This document shows, piece after piece, positions 13,701-25,700 of a DNA stretch of 64,000 nt. The notes below the pieces were generated by a model. It was given only the letters and a program-made list of their open reading frames with translations, made no database searches and was not told the DNA's origin. The stretch's first letter is position 1, and every line of letters starts with the position of its first letter. The position numbers and the translations under genes were made by a program. This DNA comes from Chiloscyllium plagiosum (taxonomy: Eukaryota), in NCBI RefSeq assembly GCF_004010195.1, contig NC_057718.1, positions 26,887,631 to 26,951,630 on the forward strand, given 5' to 3'.

Positions 13701-16700
13701 AAACAAATTGGAGGAAAAAAATTGTTCAACAGCAACAAAAGAATAGTTTTAGTTATGTTTGACAATTCCTTTAAACATTTAAGTCCTTTACAAACCAATC
13801 AAACATTTCATTGAATGAAACAGCTCTGTAATTTAGGTATAAGAATTTTTGTGGGAAAGATCCAACTTTTAAATAGAAGGTTTCCAAACACTGGACACAG
13901 AAGATTTTTCTAAAATGAGTGGAAGTCCTTTGGTAAATATATTGGGAGGGTTAGTGGAGTATGTTGCACACAGACAGATAAATCTTTGGTTTGCTAATGA
14001 TGGCAAACATAAAATTAAATAAAATGACAGTGATATCATTAGACAATGCTTATAGCTCTTGTAGAAAATCCCCTGCAACACATAGGGATAATTTCTGCAA
14101 CATTGCAAAGCTGTCTGTATTGCTAGTCCCACAAAACAAGATATTAAAATAATTTTCCAAACACAATATAACTAGGATTTCAAAGATAAATAAGCTGTGC
14201 ATGAAAAGTCATGCCAAGCAAACAGTAATACATTAAGACCAATACTAAATGGATCTAAACTAATAGCAATCACAAAAAAAAATCTTATTTAAACCAACCT
14301 GAAACTGTAAGTACTTTCTTAGATTTTGTTGATTAAAAAAAAACTATCGAACTCAGCTCAGTGACCTAAACTGAAAAGTCTCAAGTACAAACTCTGGTAT
14401 ACACTAAATTGTTGTCCAATCAAATAATAGTATTACAAGTAGCCAAAAGGCGGCGTGAAAACAGGGAAACTGACTGAATCCCACTAATAATCATTCTCCA
14501 ATTATCCCCAAACCTCCGGTTGCTATAAAGCCCTCGATAGTAAAATCATCCAACTCAAGTATTCTTTTGGAAACCCAATGAACTTGCTCAATTCAAAATG
14601 TTCTGATTACAGAGTAAGTGGGGAACAAAATAGTTTTCAATGGGCTGTTGGCCTCCTGTGCTACGCAGATCCTGTGCATCTTTAAACCACTGAAATTCAG
14701 ATTCTCTCAAAAACATTCACATTTATTCTTCGTCCACTTCTATACTTGCCTGTTTGATCAATGGCCAGCAAAGTTGAAGTGTTGCTCGCTGACATGTAAT
14801 GGTGTCACTCCAAGTGATTGCACTGTAGGCAGTTGCTAACAGTGCCTTACAGATATCCTAGAAGGAACAAAGGAGATCTGTCAAAACTATTAGCATTCCA
14901 CTTCAGAGTTGGTTTCTGATCCACATCCAAACCAAACAAGAAGTGAAAATATCATCAATATATACTGAAAGAGATATTTGGATCAAGGCTTGTGCCTAAC
15001 AATCTTCTCCTTTAAAAAGCTATCAACCAAAATTGTTTTATCCAGTATTAAAGAAAATCAAACTGTTTACCTCAGACTTGAGCAGACATTTTCCAAGGTC
15101 AGTGAGTTCTTCAGATCCAACATGTGGCCCATCACTTGTGTTCATCATTTCGTCATCTACTTAAGAAAACCCATACATACAAAATCAACTTTCACATGAA
15201 ATTCTATTGGAAACACACAAACTGCATCACTCAAGGTTCAACTGGAATCAATGACTCTAAGCCCATGGGAAGGTAGCTTAAAGCTTGATACAATCTGTCA
15301 ACCATTGAAGTTTTCACAACATATAGGGGGAAGTTGACATCATATTAACAGCACTTGACTAGTAATCCAAAAACCCAGGTTATGAACTGGGAAACGGGGT
15401 TAAAACACTACCACAGCAGCTGGTGAAATTTAAATTCAATTAAAAAACAAAAAATCTCAAATTGAAAGTTAGTCTCAGTAATAGTCACCATGAAAATGTC
15501 AGATCATCATAAAAATCCATCTGGTTCATTAATATCCTTTACTGAAACAAACCTGCCATCATAAGTTGGTTTGACCTACAAAAAACAACAATATGGTTGA
15601 CTCTGCTCTTTAAAATGCCTTATCAAGCTATTCAATCCAAGGGCAATTGGGCCTGGCTAATAAAACCTGGCCTTGCCTGTAATGTCTATTTTTCATGATA
15701 GAATAAAATACATCGCTAACACATTTGGAAAGACAGTGATAGAAGCAGACAGGCAACCTTTTCTTCTGAATATATAAAAATTATTCAAGAGCATGCATTC
15801 AACTCAGTAGTTAGCTAAGGTCAGGGGTAGATCCATATTGCATGAATTAGCAAAGCTCAAGTCTTTGGCTTCCTCTGGTTGTTGAAATGGGTTAAGAACA
15901 GTCAGGAAGGTTTTATGGCTTCTCCTCCCAATCAAGACGTGGAACATGAAGAAACCATTAGACTTAGAAGCACAATTAAGTCATTTGGCCCATTGAGTCT
16001 ACTCCACTATTCAATGAGATTATGGCTGATCTGATAATCCTCAACTCCTCCTTGCCTTATCCCCATAACCTTTCATTCCCTTGGTTATTAAAAATTAATC
16101 TTTCAGCTTCAACAACCCTCTGCAATAAAGAATTCCACAGATTCACTACCCACACAGAGAAGAAATCTCTCTTTTCTGTCTCCTAAAAGGGTGATCCCTT
16201 ATTCTGAGATCATGCCTCTGATCCTCGACTCTCCCACAAGGTAGGAACAACTTCTGTGCAACAAACCTTTCAAGATACCTACAAATTTTGTCTGTTTCTG
16301 AAAAGGTCTCCTCTGACTCTTCAAAGCTTCAGTGAATACAACCTCAAAGAATACGTACCTTTCCTCAAAAAAAAAATTCTTCAGACTTCATTTTTGGACT
16401 TCTTCCAGTGCCATTATATCTTAAATAAAAGGACCAAAACTATTCACAATATTCTAGCTGTTGATCCAGTCCCTTCTATACCTTTAGCAAGACTTCCTAG
16501 TTTTCATACTCCACTTACTTGAAATGGATTCAAAGTTAGAATACAAATAAAGTCTTTCAGAAGAAAGGGCAACAGTCGCTACCAAATTATTAACATTTAA
16601 AGCAAGCAGTTGCTTCTTAAGTTATACAGTGAAAATCACTAACCAAATGCACTAATCATCAATTTCATATTTACAGATAGGAGTCGTAAAAGAAAACAAT

Positions 16701-19700
16701 AAACTCCTTCCTTTGCTGCACAGCTAGTTTTTCAACAATTCATACCGCATCGTAGTGTAATAAATCTCCATCCTAGTGATTCAAAGATGATAACGTTTGA
16801 GAACCACTGGTTTAAAATAAAGTCAGCTGCATTGCATACAGTCTTGTTTAGATGCTTCAGTAACAGAAAATGGTGACTGCATACAGTGAGATATTCACTT
16901 TTGTATGAACATGCCCACTATACATGTTAATTTTATCTACCAATTTCAAGGTTGGCTAATTTGCAAACCAACTTTACTAGCTTACTAAGATACATGTAGC
17001 AGAGTGAAACTGTATTTAGTTTCTTAGCTTTCAACTGAACTTGCTTCATTAACATATCAGTTTATTCGAGTGTTTAGTAGCAATGAGCTCAAATGTAATG
17101 CTAACCATACAAAAAGACAATCAAGCTGCCCCCCTACTGTGTTTATATTTTTAAAGATCTTGTTCTAGCTTTGTAGGATGTAGTAGCAGAGAATCACATC
17201 AGATGATTTGACTTATGCTCAACTTAGCTGAAAATGTGTTGCTGGAAAAGTGCAGCAGGTCAGGCAGCATCCAAGGAGGAGAATCAATGTTTCGGGCATG
17301 AGCCCTTCTTTCGGGCTCATGCCCGAAATGTCGATTCTCCTGCTCCTTGGATGCTGCCTGACCTGCTGCGCTTTTCCAGCAACACATTTTCAGCTCTGAT
17401 CTCCAGCATCTACAGTCCTCACTTTCTCCTTTATGCTCAATTTACTCTATATTTAATCTCGAGAACATTTGTGAAATATTTTGTATCTGTAGAAATGCAA
17501 AATGTTCAAAACCTTAACATGTAAAGTCTTCTTGTTTTCTCTGCTCTTTCCATGAGATTTGTGTTGAACTACATAGGGACAAAGACATGATGTACTTGCT
17601 CCACACATATGTGGCATATCGATTCTTGGATTTGAAAATATTTTATTTCATTAGGCCACTGGTTTTAGTCAGAACATTTTCTTTTAACTTGAAACATTTA
17701 AGGTCAAACATTACATGACTAAAGTCTGAAAAATTACCCATTTACTTACCATCCATGTCACCTGATATGGACTCAGGGCCCTTCTTAACACAACAGCAAA
17801 CAGCTGCAAAACAAAAATAGACTTAATATTCAGAACCAACCTGCTCAATGCATTAATATTAGAAAACTGCCATGAGTGCTAATTGATGGAAAGCATTGTG
17901 AGGGCCACAATGCTCAGTTGAACAACTGTATAAAACAGTCAAGATGGAGTTTCCTGTGTAAAAATTTTTATACCCAAATGAAAGTTGGAGAGACAGACAG
18001 ATAATGAAAAACAACACGATTCGAAAGGAATGGGTAGTGGGCAAGAGGAAGCTACTGAAAAAAAGAGAAATTGCAGTAAAAAGAAATCAAAGAGAAGGAA
18101 CTCAAAGTGGCCCAAGAACCAAAATTTGTGTTGTTTCACTTGAATGAAAGACAGAAAAAGGCCATTTATTGCTTATTACTATTTAAGTATGAAATTTGAT
18201 TATAATGCTCAAAAAAACATTTTGGCCAAAATAAAAGGGTTAGATTATTTTACAAAGCAAAAATGTTCAGAATTTTGGAATTTACTTTAGCTGTTCATTA
18301 CTCAAAGTCAACAGTTATGGTTCTTCTATATGGTCAGGCACTATAGAACACATGATATAATTGCATACTTCTGCAACAAAAGCTTTTTCAAAAAATATTA
18401 CAGCTTTAATCGTTGAAGGAAATTTCAAATTGGTAATAAACAACAGATTTATTTGCCCAAATAGATTTTTTCAAAATAAAAACTATAACCAGTTTATATA
18501 ATAAATTATTAACAAAATGAATAGTATTTATTCTCCATACTCATTAGATCAATAGATTCACGCGTGAGAAGTCGAGTCAGTTGCTCATCCAGCATTTCTT
18601 GGGATTCAGGATTCTCCTCAGGAGCACCACTTTCAGCCCTAAAAATAAACATATTATAATCCTCACAACAAGATGAGAAAGAGTGTAATTTATATTACTT
18701 TAAGGCGATGTGTAGTTGACTCTAAACAAAACAAAACAGCAGACGCTGGAAATATTTAAAAAAAATCAAGTTGCTGGAAAAGCTCAGCAGGTCCGGCTGT
18801 GAAGGAAAAGCAGAGCTAATGTTGCAGGTCCACTTCTGAAGATGGGTCACTGGATCCGAAGTGTTAACTTTGCTTCCTGTCCACAGATGCTACCAGATCA
18901 GCAAATTCTGACTTTATTTATTTACTCTAATTGCATTCATCTTTGTGAATCAGCTCATCAATAAAACATACTCAATTTAAAACTGAAGTGAAAAATAAAT
19001 CCTGAATAATTTTTTTACCATCCTTGATTTACCAGGCAATTAAAACATAAAAATACTAATGTCACAATTTAAAGGAATAAGCATTTGCTTATATGAAAAG
19101 TGCTTACATGAATTCAGGTTGTCAAAAAAATGTTCAACCAAAGTATATATTAAACAAAAGGTAATCATAATTTGTGCACATCATAAGTGGCAATGGGAGA
19201 AAGATGGAAGAATTTGGTAATTGGAAGAAAGAGTCTAGGTGGTCGGCAAAATCTAAAATGTTGGCCAGAACAAAAGAAAAATTCTCATGCTCTTCTCTGA
19301 CTAAATGTCATGGGGAGGCCCAGTGGCATTATCACTGGACTGTTAATTCTGAGAGTCAGGTAATGTCCTGGGGACCGACATTCATGGCAGATGGTGGAAT
19401 TTGAATTTAATTATATCTCTGGAATTAAAATATCTAATCATGAAAGCACTATCGATTGTCAGATGAAAATCCATCTGGTTAACTAATGTCCTTCAGGGAA
19501 GGAAATCTGCCATCCTAACTCAGTTTACCTAATCTGGCCAACATGTGACTTTAGACCCACAGCAATGTAGTTTACTCTTCACTGTCCTTCAGGCAATTAG
19601 GAATGGGCAATAAATACTGGCATGGCCTGAAGTGCCCATATCCCATGAATGAATAAAGAAAAAATTAAGTCGTTGAATATGAAATTCTATCTAAAAGACA

Positions 19701-22700
19701 TCACAAAGGACAATGAAACATTTCCTCAATGCTACATTGAAGAATCAACCTAGATTACTCATCTAAACCTAATAAATGTTTTGAAGCCCAAACCTTTCTG
19801 ATTCTTAGATGTGCTACCACTAAGGAAAGTTGCACACAACAAAATGCAGAAATCTAAGGATGAAAGGTAGAGTATCATCGATTACTTTAGCAGTTAAACA
19901 AGAAAGTTTGCAAGCAGGATTTGGCGTCTTTAAGTGTCATAATTCCAAAAACAGAAAACAAAATTGTTTTACCATGTAATTTTGTTAAGAGAAATTAAAT
20001 TATCGTTGGTTCCAACATTTGAAACTCTGCATTTGCAAAGTCAAGTATCAATTTTACTCAACAAAAATCAAAATTATTCCATTCAAATAAAAACATTTGT
20101 TTTACATTTAAGCAATACTCAAGACAATAAGCAGTCTTAAAATCTAAATTTATGACCATGATGTTTGAACTTACTCTAACAGGCCCCTCTGATTGATGAC
20201 AACCCACTTGGCACTTAGTCTCTGTCAGGCAAACAATAATGTTACATGTTATACTGACAGATGGGAAAGTTCTAGAACTTGAATTCTAAGCATACTATTT
20301 ATTAATAAACCAGTTTCAAAATGCTATAAAAATGCTCAATGTATCTGGGGTGTTTTAAACACTCAACATTTGAAAATGTATGTAAAGATTTCAAGTTTTC
20401 ATTAATCCAAATTACATTTATTTCAGGCATATCTGGACTATTCGACTAGCTGTCTGAAAGTAAAGCTTCCATTTATGAGAAATGCATAAACAGAATAAAT
20501 ATATACTCTGCTTCTCTCAGCTTTATAGCATTTTTCTACAGTTCACTAAATGCAAACAATATTAAATACTGTAATCTGAAACAACAGAAAATATTATATT
20601 AGAGGACTTCAAACAGATTCTGAGAGAAAAGGCAGTTTACAGTTCAGATGCTTAACTGACTTAGTACTAGTACTACACAGAATTCTCTTTCCATCATTCT
20701 ATATTAAATTTAGATTACTCAAGTCTTGACAGCTTTTTGGGGTGAATTTTGAAAGTTTAGTTCACTTGACTGATGCTCTTGCCAGAGTATTCCAAAATAC
20801 TATATCCTTGCTTTCATTTAAACGAAAATTATAGAAAACTGCATAAAATCTATTTTCATATTTTACATTGCTGTTTTCTATTTACTACCAGAATAAAAAT
20901 CCACAAAATATTTAAAATGTCTGCAATACTGAGAATACAATCAACCAACAAATAACCTATGAAAATTGGGGGACTTTTTAAAGAAACTTCTTCATAAAAA
21001 CAAAAAACCATCAGAATTTTTTTAAGACATACCTGCAGCAAGTAGGAGAACAAAGGTCCGAGAATTGGACACAGCACAGATTCATAATGTTCAGGTGGGC
21101 AGGACTGGACTAATGGTTTCACAAATACGCGTACATACAAGTTAAGTAAATGTCTTCTATTTTCTTCACAGCAATACATATCAGAAAGGCAAATCAATAA
21201 AGACCAGACATTACTCAGTGTTCTACCCTCCAAGTTACCAAGCATGTATCCATGATAACAATATACAAAAGATCTTGTTGGGAAAATGTAGATTCAAAAC
21301 TTGCATCAGAACTCAGTGCTGTACCACAAACGATTTCTCATTCTCAGTTATACAGCAAACTTGTGGTCAGTCAATATCACAACATGCCTAACCAATCAGG
21401 ATGGTAAGTAAATATAGCAGAGATTTTCACTGGCTTTTTATGATGAAGCAAAATGTTAAAGCAAAAGTTGTTACATTTATACTTATTAAAGCTAAAGGTA
21501 ATTTTTTCTATGCTTCCAACTCCATATTTTTCATTTTACATTGGTTAATTTGTTCAAGTATTTATCAAAGAAAAACCCCATTGTTTTCTCCTCTCTTCCT
21601 TCAGATTAATTTTTAACATTTTATAGATTCAAGGCACAATCCAAATGTAAAAGTTGGGCCAATCACAGATATGAATTCACTCAAAGTGCATTTCAAGTTT
21701 ACAAAACACTACTACTTGTGACTTTGTAAAAATAATGACTGCAGATGCTGGAAACCAGATTCTGGATTGGTGGTGCTGGAAAAGCACAGCAGTTCAGGCA
21801 GCATCAGAGGAGCAGTAAAATCGACATTTCGGGCAAAAGCCCTTCATCAGGAATATAGGCAGAGTGCCTGAAGGGTATCTCTCCACCCTTCAGGCTCTCT
21901 GCCTGTATTCCTGATGAAGGGCTTTTTCCCAAAACGTCGATTTTACTGCTCCTCTGATGCTGCATGAACTGCTGTACTTTTCCAGCACCACTAATCCAGA
22001 ATACTTTATGACTTTAGAATACTATCACAAATCAAAAGGATATGTAGCACTGGACGGAGCCTGTAGTCAGGAATATTCTCCAGATTCACAAAAGCGGAGT
22101 TTATTACAGATTCTGCAAAATTGGTTATGTCAAAAAAATCTTGAAGCATACTTGGTCCAGCATTCCCAAGGATATGAAAACTGTTAAAAAGATAAAGTTA
22201 AAACAGTGTAATGTTTCAAAATCAAAATGCAATTTAAAGCACCATATAAAGCATCAAATACTTACAGAAAAGAAATATATTTACAAATAGTTTAAGCTTG
22301 TACACACAAATGATGCAGCATTGAGCTACAAAGATGGAAAAGGCCATGGTTGAAACTCATGTCAAGTTTGCAACAGAGATGTTACAGTTTGCTGATGTAA
22401 AATATGAATGAAGAAAATAAGTCTAGCAAAATTACTATAGCTTGACCTATGTTGCCCTCTACTGTTGAATAAGCTAGCAACACTATCGCCTCCTGTAGAC
22501 TTGCAGCAAGGCACTCAAGGACTTTGGCATAGGCCGAAGTATATATCGACACAAACCACCATCACAAAGGAACGTATCGAGAAATTAATTATTGGTAAAA
22601 CACCAAAAAAGTATTGATAGTAAAATTAACATTCACGACAAAAGCTTGCATTGCAGAGTGAACAGTATTTTAACTGCTGCATTTGTGCATATAAAAGCAC

Positions 22701-25700
22701 AAACAGAATCACAGAAACACAGGTTTATGATTTGACATGATATTGTCACATCAGAAAAGAATCATCATTTATTAGTGTCTCATGCTCAACCACATGCATA
22801 GTCCACCACTTTAGCTTTCAGAACATGTTTTCACATGACTGTCTGTGTGAAGTTTGCACATTCTCCCCGTCTGCGTGGCTTTCCTCCCACAGTACAAAGA
22901 TGTGCAAGTTGGGTGGATTGGCTGTGCTAAATTGCCCAGTGTCCAGGGAGGTACAGGCCAAGTGGATTACCCATGGGCAATACAGAATGAGTGTGGGTGG
23001 ATTTGGGTGACTCAATGGGTTGAATGGTCTGCTTCCACATTGTGGGGTTTCTTTGATTCTATGTTGCTCATTAAATATATACTGAAGTAGTGACAAAACA
23101 ACCTCCTACCAATTGTCGTACAAAGTACAGAAGAACCCTTGCATTCGTTCCAACACAGATTTGTACACTGGAGCATCAGCATGATCAAGCAAAGGCTGTG
23201 GAATACCTGTACAGAAGGCAACAAGAAACCAGTTTTGTTGCATAAAAGTTACAAACTGCTCTAAAAAGCTTATCAAAATTACAAATGATACAAAATCTGG
23301 CACAAAGATAATGAGTTTCTTCAGTTTTCGTTAAAACTTTAAACTAGTAAAATCAACCCAGTATAATAACTGGCAATACAATGAAGAGAATAGCAGTAAA
23401 TCAAACTTTATTCTTTATAGTTTTATATTCTTAAATATTAATCAATGATTTTGAGAGATGGTGTTGGGGGTCTGGAAGAAGGGAACTATTCCCACAAAGA
23501 AAAAGTGAGTATTACAGATGCTGGAGATCAGAGTCAGGAGTGTAGTGCTGGAAAAGCACAGCAGGTCAGGCATCATCCGAGGAGCAGGAGAATCGACGTT
23601 TCAGGTAGAAGCCCTTAGTCAGGAACGAGACTTATGGGCCAGGGGGACTGAGAGATAAATGGGGGGGGTGATGGAGAAGGAGAAGGTAGCTAAGAATGCG
23701 ATAGCTCAATGAAAGTGGGGGAGAAGGTGATAGGTAAGAGAAGAGGGTGAAGCGGATAGATAGAAAAGATGGTGGAAAGGTCAAGAGAGTGGTGCCGAAT
23801 TGGAGGAATGGGACTGGGATAAGATGAGGGGAGGGGAAAGGGGGAAACTGGTGAAATCCACATTAACGCCATGTGGTTGCAGGGTCCCATAACAGAAAAT
23901 GAGGTGTTCTTCCTCCAGGTGTCGGGTGGTTAGGGTTTGGCAATGGAGAAGGCCCAGGACCTGCATATGTCTTTGGTGGAGTGGGAGGGGGAGTTGAAGT
24001 GTTCAGCCACAGGGCAGTGGGCTTGGTTGGTGCAGGTGTCGCAGAGATGTTCTCTGAAACAATCCGCAAGTTGGCGTCCTGTCTCCCCAATGTAGAGGTA
24101 CAGGTAAATTTCTGTCAGATGTGGAAGGATCCTTTGGGGCCTTGGATGGAAGTGGGGAGGGTAGGGAAAAAAAAAAGTGTGGGCGCCAGGACACCACGGG
24201 GAGACAGGATGCCAACTTGCGGATTGTTTCAGAGAACATCTCCGGGACTCCCGCACCAACCAATCCCACCACCCCCCCTAAACAGTTCAACTCTAACCAC
24301 CCGACACCTGGAGGAAGAATGCCTCATCTTCTGCCTCAGGACCCTGCAACCACATGGGAATAATGTGGATTTCACCAGTTTCCTCATTTCCCCTCCCCCG
24401 ACCTAAACCCAGTCCCAAGCTTCCAACACGGCACTGCCCTCTTGACCTTTCCAAAATTTTTTCCATCTCTCCACTCCACCCTCCTCTCTGTCCTATCACC
24501 TTCCTCTCCCCCTCAAGCTCGTCCCACAAGTAATTTATGTGAAAAATAAACATAGTTGCTATTAAAAAAAAGGAGAAGACAACGGTAGCATAATAGCAAT
24601 GTCACTACACTAATAATGCAAAACCCCAAGCTTATGTTCTGAGGACATGAGTTTAAATCCTACCATGGCAGAGGATGGAATTTTAATTCAATTAAAAAAT
24701 ATGGAATTAAAAAAGTCTAATCATGATAATGTAGCCATTGTTGATCATCATAACAAGCCATCTGACTTACCAATGTCAGATTATCTGCCATCCTTACCTG
24801 CTCTAGTCTACAAGTGACTCCAGATCCACAGCAACATGTTAGACTCTTCACGCCCTCTGGGCATTTAGGGATGGGCAATAAATGATGGCCCACAATTCAC
24901 GAATGAATTTTTAAAAACTTGTTTTACATTAATATAGTAATTGTTGGCCAAAACCACTCAGTCTGGAGATTTCAAGTTGTAAGTACTACCAGACATGCTG
25001 TTTAAAACAGTTATTAAGTAAGATTTCAGTTTTGTTTTTACTAAAACATGAAATAACGAAAAGGCGTATTTAGATAACAAGTCTTGAGGCTACTTGATGT
25101 GCAAATTAGCAATTGATACAAAGAAAAAAATTATACAACTGTCAAATAAAGCTGAATTGCTTCAGTGTAAATGGGAAGACCTACAAGACTAAGTGGTGGA
25201 TGCTTAAACTAATTTTACACAAGAACAAACAATTAGTGGAAGCACTAATAGGAGCAAAACAGACATTAGCCAAAGCTTGTAAAATAAGCATATTTTAAAA
25301 TCTGCAAATACAGGCTAGTGCTCACTCCAGATTGAAAGAATACAGAACAACTTTTTTTTTTTTACCAAGAATCGCATTCTTTTCCACCTCCAGCATGTCA
25401 TGGGCTTTTGTAAAGTGTGGGCTGAGCTGGGCCAACATCTCTGGCAGCCAAAGGTTATTATGTGTCCTATAAAAAAAGAAAACATTACAGTACTAATAAG
25501 TTACAGATTACTTTAACTTTCCTAATCCCTTGAGGGTTACACACCATCAAAAAGGGATGTGTGGTTCCAATACTGGGAATAAAGACAACTAAAGAAAAAA
25601 AAAATCAAAAACCTAAAAAAAAAGTACATGCACGTAGAATTTTGACGGAAGAATGCTGAAGTTATTAATCTCCAGAACTCTTATCGCTTTGATGTCAGAG

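Noticed and set aside
17227..17430. Possible pre-miRNA or DNA-transposon MITE
   Set aside because: Arms match Penelope-like ends, TSDs are long and variable, and the termini are asymmetric; no miRNA evidence
20856..21245. 129-aa ORF as one extended exon
   Set aside because: Only 21033-21130 matches XPO5; the flanks are intronic read-through
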